Below are positions 30,526-39,080 of a stretch of DNA of 64,000 bases, in pieces (the first letter of the stretch is position 1; each line of letters opens with the position of its first letter). Source of the stretch: Alphaproteobacteria bacterium (lineage in GTDB: Bacteria > Pseudomonadota > Alphaproteobacteria > UBA6615). The translations under genes were made by a program, and so were the position numbers. The notes beneath the pieces are model-generated. The model searched no databases. It was given only the letters and a program-made list of their open reading frames with translations, and was not told the origin of the DNA. The stretch spans positions 2,671-66,670 of the forward strand of contig PBMH01000047.1 in assembly GCA_002722515.1 (NCBI GenBank), read 5' to 3'.

Positions 30526-30940
30526 GGTTGTTCAACTTATCCACTCCAGCACCCACTTCGATGCGAGCTAGGTAATCCGTCGCCACATCTTTTGCTATCG
30601 TAGCGCGCTGCTTGACTAGTACCACTCCACGCATTTGATCTAAGCGAAGCTCGAGACGGCACAGAATGATAACCCTATGCCCGGGTTTTTCGATCTTCAG
30701 GACGGCATCCGCTGCCTGCCAGGCAAAAAACAAACTAAACGACGCCCGTCATAACTTGACACATTGGCGTGCGCAAACCATCGTTCCCTCGTTCGTGACG
30801 CTGGGGTGCCTTGAAATCAAGGCTGAGAAGAAACCCAATCACCTGATCCGGATCATGCCGGCGGAGGGAGTTGTCACGGGTCGTCTCCAGCAGACGCTCC
30901 AGCCGCCACAACATCTGGTTCATTACTTCGGAGGCTATAC

Positions 30941-32086
30941 ATGTCAGTCAACGCGTGCCGCTTCACCACCGCCGCAGTGATCACCGCAATACTTCTGCTG
31001 ACCGACTTACAGTCGCCGAGCGTGGCCGAGCCACCGCGCATCCCAGTCTTAGTGCCTATCACCGGCTTTCTATCGCTAGAGGGGACAAGCCAGCGTAACG
31101 GCGCCGCGCTAGCACTAGAAGGGTCCGGCATCGCACTCGAGGTTGATGACACCGCCACCTCGCCGGAGGTCGCAATCAATGCCTTCGAACGCACCATAAC
31201 CTCCGGCCGCGCACGCGATGATATAGTCGCGATCGTAGCGCCCATGCTCGGCACTCAAATGCTGGCGCTCGTGCCTCTGGCTGACGAATTCGCCGTACCC
31301 ATGATCACGATCTCAGGTACTGCCCGGATCACCGAGTTAGGTAGCCCCAACGTTTTCCGCTTTTTTCCCGGCGACGCAGTCGTTAAGGCGGCCCATGCCC
31401 GTTATGCAGTTAAAGAGCTGGGTGTGACACGGCCCGCCGTGCTCTTCCAAACTACTGCGTATGGCCAAAGCGGGCGCACCGAGCTTGACCGCAACCTAAC
31501 TGGGCTAAACGCACCACCTGTCCTTAGCGAGGGCCTAGATGTGTCGGTCAAGGATATGCTGCCCATACTATCAAAAGTCCGGGAAACGCGAGCCGACGCA
31601 CTACTACTTCATCTTCACGCCGGGCCGTCGGCCCTCGTCATCCGACAGGCCCGTGCGATGGGGCTGGATATCCCCATCGTTGCAGGATCAGCGATGCACC
31701 AGCCCGAGACAGCGGCATTGCTCGAACCGTCGGAGCTGGCTGGCGTATGTGCCGAATCAGGTGCCTCGCCGATCTCGGAATCGGACCCAGCCATGCGCGC
31801 ATTTGTGGAGCACTACCGCGATACCTTCGATCGCGAGCCCGATGCATTCGCACTAGCCCAGTATGATGGGGTGAAGATGCTACTCGCTGCAATCGGGAGC
31901 GGCGCCCACGATGCCGCAGCCATCCGCGACTATCTCAAAACCAATAGCTATAATGGCTTAGCTATGCGCTACGAATCCGACGGAAAGGGCAACATGGCCC
32001 ATTCTGCGGTGATTCTCTGCTACGATGGCAATGGACGGGTACCGGCCATCGTCAAGCGGTACAACAACATCACGGGCGCACTCTAG
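30941..32086 (+). CDS. ABC transporter substrate-binding protein, LivJ/LivK (Peripla_BP_6) type
   Basis: It has a signal peptide, a 'PVLVPITGFLSLEGTSQRNGAALA' start typical of branched-chain/amide binding proteins, and is followed by livHMGF-type genes. Confidence 0.75.
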   Translation: MSVNACRFTTAAVITAILLLTDLQSPSVAEPPRIPVLVPITGFLSLEGTSQRNGAALALEGSGIALEVDDTATSPEVAINAFERTITSGRARDDIVAIVAPMLGTQMLALVPLADEFAVPMITISGTARITELGSPNVFRFFPGDAVVKAAHARYAVKELGVTRPAVLFQTTAYGQSGRTELDRNLTGLNAPPVLSEGLDVSVKDMLPILSKVRETRADALLLHLHAGPSALVIRQARAMGLDIPIVAGSAMHQPETAALLEPSELAGVCAESGASPISESDPAMRAFVEHYRDTFDREPDAFALAQYDGVKMLLAAIGSGAHDAAAIRDYLKTNSYNGLAMRYESDGKGNMAHSAVILCYDGNGRVPAIVKRYNNITGAL

Positions 32087-32096
32087 CCCCACGCTT

Positions 32097-32987
32097 ATGC
32101 TCGTAGCCCAACTCGCCCTAAATGCCGTCGCGCTTGGTGCAGCCTACGCGCTAGTTGCAATCGGCTTCGTCCTCGTCCTGAATGCCACTACTGCGGTTAA
32201 CTTCGCGCATGGCGAGAGCGTTGTAGCCGGCGGTTTTATTGCCGTCGCGCTTACTGGCGTGGCATCGGGGATTTGGCCGAGTAGCCTGCCAGGAATTATT
32301 TTCCTACCCGGCGTACTGCTCCTCACCGCACTCCTCGGGCTGGCCATCGCCAGCCTGGCCTACCTCCCCATCCGCAACAAACCTCCGGTCTCGGTATTCG
32401 TCACCACGATCGCTTTTGGCATCATTGTCACTAACGGTCTCAATGCCGGCTTCGGAGCAGCACCACGCACCGTACCCGCCTTGCTTGGAAGCGGCACAGT
32501 CGAGATATTTGGCATCACCGCCAGCAGACAGTCTCTCGCGATCATCGCGACGGCGACATTGCTAATTGGTATGCTCGCCATCCTCCTGCAACGTACGCAG
32601 CTCGGTCGCAAGTTCCGCGCGAGCGCGCAAGACCCCGAAATGGCTCGCGCGCTCGGTATCCGGCTGACTCGGATCACCCTGCTCGGCTTTGCTCTGGGTA
32701 CGGCCTTTGCCGGGGCAGCCGGGCTGTTGCTCGCCCACCAGTTCTTCATCACACCATTCGACGGTGTAGGCCTAATCCTCAAGGCCTATGTCGCCGTCGT
32801 CATCGGCGGCTGGGGTAGCCTGCGGGGTGCAACCCTTGGGGCCATGCTGATCGCGACCTTCGAGGTCGCCGTCGCGTCGGTTTCGTCCCAATCGCTAGCT
32901 GAGGGCCTGCTCTACATTGCGGTTCTACTAGTCTTACTAATACGACCGGAGGGCATTTTCGGCGAAACCCAAAGGCTGCGAGCATGA
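32097..32987 (+). CDS. livH: Branched-chain amino acid ABC transporter permease (LivH type)
   Basis: 'LNAVALGAAYALVAIGFVLVLNATTAVNFAHGE' is the canonical LivH N-terminus. The ATG at 32097 lies just after the SBP stop. Confidence 0.8.
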   Translation: MLVAQLALNAVALGAAYALVAIGFVLVLNATTAVNFAHGESVVAGGFIAVALTGVASGIWPSSLPGIIFLPGVLLLTALLGLAIASLAYLPIRNKPPVSVFVTTIAFGIIVTNGLNAGFGAAPRTVPALLGSGTVEIFGITASRQSLAIIATATLLIGMLAILLQRTQLGRKFRASAQDPEMARALGIRLTRITLLGFALGTAFAGAAGLLLAHQFFITPFDGVGLILKAYVAVVIGGWGSLRGATLGAMLIATFEVAVASVSSQSLAEGLLYIAVLLVLLIRPEGIFGETQRLRA

Positions 32988-34690
32988 GTCCCGATCGAAC
33001 TGAGTTGATCCAAAGGCAATCGCCATTGCTGGCCGGCGGCGGCGCACTAGTCGTCTACGCAATGTTCATCGCATCTTCCTATGATCAGAGATTGCTCACC
33101 ATTTCCGGAATCTATGTGATCATGGTGCTCGGCTATCAGTTTATCTTCGGCCATGCTGGCGCGCTCAGCCTTGCCCAAGGTGCTTTCTTCGGGGTTGGCG
33201 CCTACGTTACGGGCATCCTCGGCAGTCAGCTCGGCGCGGGCTTCCTTGCCACCTTCCCCGCGTCAATCGCCATAGCTGCGGGGCTCGCTCTTATCGTCGG
33301 CATCCCCGTCCTGCGCCTCGCCTCGCACTATTTCGCGCTGGCCACCCTGGCCCTCAGCCAGCTACTCCTGCTACTCGCAATTAATTGGGAGCCCGTAACA
33401 GGCGGCGCCAACGGACTACCCGGAGTTCCTCCCATACAAATCGGTGACTTGAGGATTGACCGCGGCGTGCCTCAGCTCGCCTTCGTCTGGGGCCTAGCAG
33501 GCGTAGCCATCCTCATCGCCAGCCGACAGCTCAGACCGATACGTGTGGCGATGTTCACGGTGATGCGCGAATCCCCGCTCGCTGTGCCCGCTTTCGGGAT
33601 CGACGCTGGACTTCTGCGCCTGCGTGCCTTCCTACTTTCCGCAGCCTTCGGGGGAGCGGCTGGAGCGCTATTCGTCCACACGAACCGGGTAGTCTCACCG
33701 GAGACCCTCGGCTTCGGAACCATGGTTACCTGCCTGACCATGACAGTAGTAGGCGGACGCTTCCGAATTTCGGGTGCCATCATTGGTGCGCTACTGCTAA
33801 CCCATCTACCCGAATGGTTTAGGGGTTTTGATGAGTATTACCTGGTCATGGTTGGCGTTTTGCTGCTGGCCATGGTCATATTCGTCCCCGACGGGCTCGC
33901 ATCCTTCCTCAAGGACAGCTCGTGGGCCGGACAAATCCGTACCCGTGCGCGCCCTGCCGAGCCAACGGACGTGTTAGATGCCGCCAAGCCCACACTGAAT
34001 ATTACAAATGTTTCAAAACGGTATGGTGGAATCCAGGCGCTCGACCGGGTAGGCATGAGCATCGAGACCGGAGAAATCGTGGGACTGATTGGCCCCAACG
34101 GAGCCGGAAAGACCACGCTTGCCAACATCATTACCGGTATCGACAGGGCTGATAGTGGCAGCTCGAAGTCTGCGCATATCGATCTGGCCGCAGCCACTCC
34201 GACGGCGATCGCCCGAAACGGAATCGCCCGCACCTTTCAGACGCCCCAACTGCCCAACGAGTTGACGGTCCGCACCGCCATCGAGGTCGCTGCCGCAAAC
34301 AACGGTGGGCATTGCCTGACAGATACGGTCATCACTAGTTGCCAACTAATTAACATCCTTGACGCGCCGTGTGGAACCTTGCCCCATGGCGTCCGCCGCC
34401 GGGTGGAAATCGCCCGGGCGCTAGCCGGCCAGCCTCACCTATTGATTCTCGACGAGCCGGCAGCGGGCCTGGCTCCGGACGAACAGACGGTGGTGGCAGA
34501 AATTCTTCGTGCACACGCTGCCAAAGGTCTCGCAATCCTCGTGATTGATCACAACATCGACTTCCTACAGCCGCTGGCCACGCGTCTAGCCTGCCTGGAC
34601 AGCGGGCGGCTGATCGCCGACGGATCCGTCGCAGATGTGCTCGCTGACGACGCAGTGCTGACGGCCTATTTTGGAATTTTAAGGCAATGA
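32984..34690 (+). CDS. Fused LivM-type permease / LivG-type ATP-binding protein
   Basis: The N-terminal roughly 320 aa is polytopic (LivM-like 'GHAGALSLAQGAFFGVGAY'). The C-terminal half is an ABC ATPase with Walker A 'GPNGAGKTT' and Walker B 'LLILDEPAAG'. Confidence 0.8.
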   Translation: MSPDRTELIQRQSPLLAGGGALVVYAMFIASSYDQRLLTISGIYVIMVLGYQFIFGHAGALSLAQGAFFGVGAYVTGILGSQLGAGFLATFPASIAIAAGLALIVGIPVLRLASHYFALATLALSQLLLLLAINWEPVTGGANGLPGVPPIQIGDLRIDRGVPQLAFVWGLAGVAILIASRQLRPIRVAMFTVMRESPLAVPAFGIDAGLLRLRAFLLSAAFGGAAGALFVHTNRVVSPETLGFGTMVTCLTMTVVGGRFRISGAIIGALLLTHLPEWFRGFDEYYLVMVGVLLLAMVIFVPDGLASFLKDSSWAGQIRTRARPAEPTDVLDAAKPTLNITNVSKRYGGIQALDRVGMSIETGEIVGLIGPNGAGKTTLANIITGIDRADSGSSKSAHIDLAAATPTAIARNGIARTFQTPQLPNELTVRTAIEVAAANNGGHCLTDTVITSCQLINILDAPCGTLPHGVRRRVEIARALAGQPHLLILDEPAAGLAPDEQTVVAEILRAHAAKGLAILVIDHNIDFLQPLATRLACLDSGRLIADGSVADVLADDAVLTAYFGILRQ

Positions 34691-35346
34691 GTTCTGCGTT
34701 GCATGTAAGCGGTCTTACCGTGCGCCACGGCTCCGTAGTTGCGGTGCGCGATGCCACTCTCATAGCACCGACTGGCGGGATTACTAGCGTTGTTGGCGCT
34801 AACGGTGCGGGCAAGTCGAGCCTGCTTCGCGCCATCGTCGGGCTTACAACAACCGAGGGGACCATTCACCTAGGCGATCGCGATATAACGCGGCTCTCCA
34901 TCGAGGCGCGTATTCATTCAGGAATCGCCTATGTACCCGAAGGCCGGCGCGTTTTTCCAGGCATGACGGTGGCGGAGAATCTTCTGGTTGCCGGCCCCTC
35001 TGGCAGGCGGGTACGCAGTGCTCGCCTCGATGCCGCCTTCGATCTGTTTCCCCAGCTGGCGGCACGGATGACACATCATGCATGGCAACTTTCGGGGGGA
35101 CAGCAGCAAATGTTAGCCATCGGTCGCGCCCTAATGGCAAGCCCCGCCGTTTACCTTCTCGATGAACCTACACTGGGCCTCGCACCGACAGTGGTCGATG
35201 ACGTCGCGAACAGCCTGATTCGTCTAGCTGATTCAGGCGCTACAATCCTGATGGCAGAACAGAACGCCGGCTTTGCTGCACGTGTATCGAGAAATTTGGT
35301 GACGATACGAACCGGACGAATTCAATCGGCACCCGTCGAGAACTAA
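34687..35346 (+). CDS. livF: Branched-chain amino acid ABC transporter ATP-binding protein (LivF type)
   Basis: Walker A 'GANGAGKSS', signature 'LSGGQQQMLAIGRAL' and Walker B 'YLLDEPTLGLAP'. It overlaps the upstream gene by 4 nt. Confidence 0.85.
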   Translation: MSSALHVSGLTVRHGSVVAVRDATLIAPTGGITSVVGANGAGKSSLLRAIVGLTTTEGTIHLGDRDITRLSIEARIHSGIAYVPEGRRVFPGMTVAENLLVAGPSGRRVRSARLDAAFDLFPQLAARMTHHAWQLSGGQQQMLAIGRALMASPAVYLLDEPTLGLAPTVVDDVANSLIRLADSGATILMAEQNAGFAARVSRNLVTIRTGRIQSAPVEN

Positions 35347-35351
35347 ACCGG

Positions 35352-35906
35352 TTAAGAACAGCGTGCCTGACCCAACCAGCTATCACTGCGTCTTGCGCTC
35401 GACCACACTGTCACCGTCACATCAAACTTAGGATCAAAAAGGTCACGCCACGCACAAGCCACCTCTCGTGCTATCGTGTGCACCAGATAAGCATCGACCC
35501 CGTACTCGAGAACGATTGAAACCTGGTCGTCCGCCTCGACAGACACCTCGGAGAGATCACCGCGCTGCGAAACCCATTCGAGAAAGGCATTCTCGGCGTC
35601 ACCGAAGGTCGGCGCCATAAAATCCTTCGGCAGCCGAACGAAAAACCGGTGCACCCAGCCTGTTCTATCACTTCCATCAAAATCGCGGACATGAACCCAG
35701 CGGCCATCCTCATCGAAGGCACGCACCTTACTCCCGCGCTTTAGCTTACCAACAATCGGATGTTCTTCGCCCGGACCAGAACGCACGTTAAGAACCCGCA
35801 CATATACGGACGCTTCCCAGCTGCGCCGGGCCTCATTAGACACACCCGCACCACCCGCCAACAGCGGGACCGCGCAAAGAAACATGGCACATAAATATTT
35901 GTACAT
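35352..35906 (-). CDS. Secreted SH3-domain (SH3_3, bacterial) protein
   Basis: Signal peptide 'MYKYLCAMFLCAVPLLAGG' and 'VLNVRSGPGEEHPIVGKLKRGSKVRAFDEDGRWVHV', a bacterial SH3 pattern. Confidence 0.6.
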   Translation of the reverse strand: MYKYLCAMFLCAVPLLAGGAGVSNEARRSWEASVYVRVLNVRSGPGEEHPIVGKLKRGSKVRAFDEDGRWVHVRDFDGSDRTGWVHRFFVRLPKDFMAPTFGDAENAFLEWVSQRGDLSEVSVEADDQVSIVLEYGVDAYLVHTIAREVACAWRDLFDPKFDVTVTVWSSARRSDSWLGQARCS

Positions 35907-36330
35907 ATCCGGGTCCGTCTCCAGCAGACTGCCGGCGAGTCCCGAATGCACGGGCGTCATTTAAAAAGCGCCGACGCCTCGACCGACGTGCCGGAAACTA
36001 TGATTATGACACGGCCAACGAGTATCACATAATACACACGCAGAATCTATAAATTCGACACCTCCCGGTCTGGAGTTTGGGTATTTATACACGTCCGTCG
36101 GAAATGAAACGGAAAGGCCTATTTCAGCCTCACCGGGTAGCCTGTGATGCGTCTAATACGGGACCGCGCAACGTCAGGACAGACGAGGTCTTTGCGACCC
36201 TCTCGCCGAATTATCTGAAGACGCCCCCTATAGCAATCAAAGTCACGACTCACGTGAACCCGTTACCTTTGGCGCGGACACGGTACGCTTGAGCTAATTA
36301 TTGGTAACCAGAACTGAACGGGGAACGAAC

Positions 36331-37017
36331 ATGGCACGTCCAGACAAAATGCAGCATGCTGGCCAGGCGGCTGTCGACGCGGCGCGCGACACGGCGCATC
36401 ATCTACTAAATATTGGTGCAGTAAACTTCCGCCCGGAAGATCCCTACACATTCACATCGGGGCGGGTTAGCCCGAGTTATATCGACTGCCGCCATGTTAT
36501 CGCCTTCCCTTTAGCACGAGAGGCCATGACCGCACACGCGGTGGAACTAATCGACCGCGAGATCGGCCGCGATAATATCGATGTGATCGCGGGCGGTGAG
36601 ACGGCCGGCATCCCCTACGCTTCCTTCGTCGCAGTAGCGCTCGGAAAGCCTATGGTCTATGTCCGCAAGGAACCGAAGGGTTTTGGCCGAATGGCGCAGA
36701 TCGAGGGTGCCCTCGACGATGAGGCCCGTGTGCTGCTCGTGGAGGACCTCACCACAGACGGGGGTAGCAAGGTCCGGTTTATTGAAGCATTGCGCGCCGC
36801 AAGCGCACGGGTCGAGCACACCTACGTTGTCTTCCATTACGGGATTTTCACCGAGAGCCAAGCGACCATGGATGAACTCGGCGTCGAATTACACGCGCTA
36901 GCCACATGGTGGGATGTGCTCGATGCTGCCCGCGAGCAGAAAGCCTTCTCGGTTGAGCAACTCGATAGCGTCGAGTCCTATCTGCACGATCCCGATGGCT
37001 GGAAACCCATGGCATAA
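36331..37017 (+). CDS. pyrE: Orotate phosphoribosyltransferase
   Basis: 'FTSGRVSPSYIDCR' and the PRPP motif 'VLLVEDLTTDGGS'. I chose the ATG at 36331. Confidence 0.9.
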   Translation: MARPDKMQHAGQAAVDAARDTAHHLLNIGAVNFRPEDPYTFTSGRVSPSYIDCRHVIAFPLAREAMTAHAVELIDREIGRDNIDVIAGGETAGIPYASFVAVALGKPMVYVRKEPKGFGRMAQIEGALDDEARVLLVEDLTTDGGSKVRFIEALRAASARVEHTYVVFHYGIFTESQATMDELGVELHALATWWDVLDAAREQKAFSVEQLDSVESYLHDPDGWKPMA

Positions 37018-37061
37018 GCACCAATCGCTCGTTAGACCCGTGCGCCATTAAGCGGCAGGGG

Positions 37062-38015
37062 TCATCGGGGCAACGCTACGAAAGTGCCGTTGTTCCGCCG
37101 CGTGACCTCACGCATCAATGTTTCGAACCGACCTTTGGTCTGCAGCGAAATAAACCCGATCGCATGGACACGAGCCTTAGGCTCGCCGGTGATCCGGTTT
37201 TTGTTGAGCCGAGACAAAGTGTTGATCACCGGGTCATAGGATGACCCAGTGTAATCGTCACCGAAGATGTAGATAGAGACCTTCTCGTTTGCCTTCACAT
37301 AGCGCTTGAGCGCAACCTCTAACCCCTCGACCGGGCTCGAGTTGGATGCACTCGTCCACGACCGAAATACGTGAATTGCCCGATCGCGCGCGCCAGCAGT
37401 GTCCGGGATCCAGCGCCCACGATAACCGCTGATCAGATGGAAACCATTGTCGTTTAGCATCTGGAATCCTTTGATACGCGGATGGATACGGATGATTTTC
37501 TCGATCTCGCGGGTAACCCGGTCCCAAATGGACTGCATACTGCCCGAGGTGTCGACAACGAAGACGACATATTCGCTATCTACCGGAATGCCACCGACCT
37601 CACTATCGCGCGCAGCCGCCAAGGGTGCCGTGACCCCGGCGCGAGCTTGTTTCCGGAGCGCACGCTCCACGTTCCTCAGCCCCTCGACATCACGCGCGCG
37701 CTGTGCGGATTCGTTGCTCGCGGCCGTCAGCGCCCGTTCTGCCGCGTCGACCGACACGTCCTCTGCCCTGAGCCTAGCTCGGGCCTCCTCAAGGCGCACA
37801 GTTTCGCGCGCCAAAGCTACTTCCAATTGCTCGATACGCGCCTCGGTACCAATCAGACTTTGCAGAAGAGATGGAACCTCGTCAGCGCCCCCCGCTTCAT
37901 CCGATATTCCGAAGGGCGAGATCAGGACAAGCAGCACGATTGCTCCAAAACCGCAGGAGATGATATCGAGAAAGGAGAGGTTGAAAATCTCGAACTCAGA
38001 GCGTTTTCGCCTCAT
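37062..38015 (-). CDS. ExbD/TolR-like TM anchor + coiled coil + vWA (MIDAS) domain protein, paralogue 1 (system gene G)
   Basis: N-terminus 'MRRKRSEFEIFNLSFLDIISCGFGAIVLLVLI', then an A/E/R/L-rich helical region. The vWA domain has 'VVFVVDTSGSM' (DxSxS), 'IYIFGDD' and the C-terminal 'NNGTFVALP'. Confidence 0.75.
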   Translation of the reverse strand: MRRKRSEFEIFNLSFLDIISCGFGAIVLLVLISPFGISDEAGGADEVPSLLQSLIGTEARIEQLEVALARETVRLEEARARLRAEDVSVDAAERALTAASNESAQRARDVEGLRNVERALRKQARAGVTAPLAAARDSEVGGIPVDSEYVVFVVDTSGSMQSIWDRVTREIEKIIRIHPRIKGFQMLNDNGFHLISGYRGRWIPDTAGARDRAIHVFRSWTSASNSSPVEGLEVALKRYVKANEKVSIYIFGDDYTGSSYDPVINTLSRLNKNRITGEPKARVHAIGFISLQTKGRFETLMREVTRRNNGTFVALPR

Positions 38016-38028
38016 CGCAATATTCCGA

Positions 38029-39033
38029 TCATGGCCAGCTCCCGGCGGGACTGATCAGAATACCACCTGTTTCTGATGTCCACTTCCAGAACTCGTGCGA
38101 TGCCTGAGGGTCGCCCTCGATGGGTAGCAGAACCACGTTGACTCGCGCCGTTCCCAACCCAGTATTTCCGATCGTATGGCGAAGCAAACGAACCCGGCAA
38201 GCACCGGATATGGACGTCGCCCCACCCCATAACGCGCTGCAGTTGGAGAAGGGATTTAAGCTCCGGTAAACGCTATTACCCGCCGTCGGCAACCCGTCTG
38301 TGATCACATAGATATCAGTCGGCTGGAACGCGACCAGTGCAGCCAACCCCGCAGCCAAGTTCGTCGGGCCGCTAGGAACGACCGCATCGAGATCAGCCAG
38401 CACCCGGCCGAGACCAGTGGCATCATCACCGCGGACCACGTTGCCGAGGGGCCGGGCCTTGTCGCTAAACGCCACCACCCGTATTTCAGAGCGTTGGGGA
38501 ACGCGGGCGAGGAACCAGTTAACCACGCGCCGGGTCCGCACCCATTTGGGGCCTACCTGTTTGGCCGCAGAACCCATATTTTTGCGGCGGATCACGTCGA
38601 TCAAAAGCTCGTCAGTCATAGACGCGCTGGAATCCACCAGTACACCGATCCGCGTACCCTCGACCCGCAGCCCGACGATATAATTCTCGCTACTCGTAGG
38701 CACCGTTTTGATCACGTCGGGGTCCAGGGGAGCCTCAATCGCCGTGATGACCTGCTCCAGCGCATGGGCCACACGACCGCTGGCTGCAAGATTTTGGCGC
38801 TCCTGGTCAACCAAAGTCTTTAATCGCAAAAGTTCCGCGGCACGTGCGTCGAATTTCTCGGAGGTAATAGTATTTGCCTGCAAAACTGCCGTAATCTTTG
38901 CGTTCAGGTCGGCCTCGGTAGCTTCCATCCGAGTTAGATCCTCTCGCAGCCGGTCGCTCTCGACGGAGACGCTTTCGGTGTCAAGCTTCACCAGCATCAG
39001 CACAAGAATAATCGCCCCCAGCCCGCAGGACAT
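38029..39033 (-). CDS. ExbD/TolR-like TM anchor + coiled coil + vWA (MIDAS) domain protein, paralogue 2 (system gene F). The ATG at 39033 is the minimal ORF; the conserved frame extends to about 39084.
   Basis: 'MSCGLGAIILVLMLV', a helical region, then a vWA domain with 'GVLVDSSASM' (DxSxS) and 'IYVITDGLPT'. In-frame upstream codons read 'RRRRTPQGFNLAFLDI', matching the paralogue 1 N-terminus. Confidence 0.75.
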   Translation of the reverse strand: MSCGLGAIILVLMLVKLDTESVSVESDRLREDLTRMEATEADLNAKITAVLQANTITSEKFDARAAELLRLKTLVDQERQNLAASGRVAHALEQVITAIEAPLDPDVIKTVPTSSENYIVGLRVEGTRIGVLVDSSASMTDELLIDVIRRKNMGSAAKQVGPKWVRTRRVVNWFLARVPQRSEIRVVAFSDKARPLGNVVRGDDATGLGRVLADLDAVVPSGPTNLAAGLAALVAFQPTDIYVITDGLPTAGNSVYRSLNPFSNCSALWGGATSISGACRVRLLRHTIGNTGLGTARVNVVLLPIEGDPQASHEFWKWTSETGGILISPAGSWP

Positions 39034-39080
39034 GATGTCAAGGAAGGCAAGATTAAACCCCTGAGGTGTGCGCCGCCGCC

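Noticed and set aside
30458-30923. Two minus-strand ORFs (30735..30923 and 30458..30733) in the 415-bp gap upstream of the ABC transporter SBP gene. They might be a frameshifted regulator remnant.
   Set aside because: I could recognise no motif. One runs into the thioesterase gene on the opposite strand. The region is more likely promoter or leader sequence for the transporter operon.
37447-38076. Long antisense or alternative-frame ORFs inside confidently assigned genes. Examples: 37447..38076 and 37482..38054 opposite the vWA gene, 911..1325 opposite acuI, 13629..14012 opposite glyS, 5125..5667 opposite the GT4 gene, and 53507..54360 opposite pepF.
   Set aside because: They are typical shadow ORFs of GC-rich coding DNA. 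Their translations are Arg/Ser/Pro/Ala-rich and low-complexity with no recognisable motif, and each is fully contained in a gene with strong family signatures.
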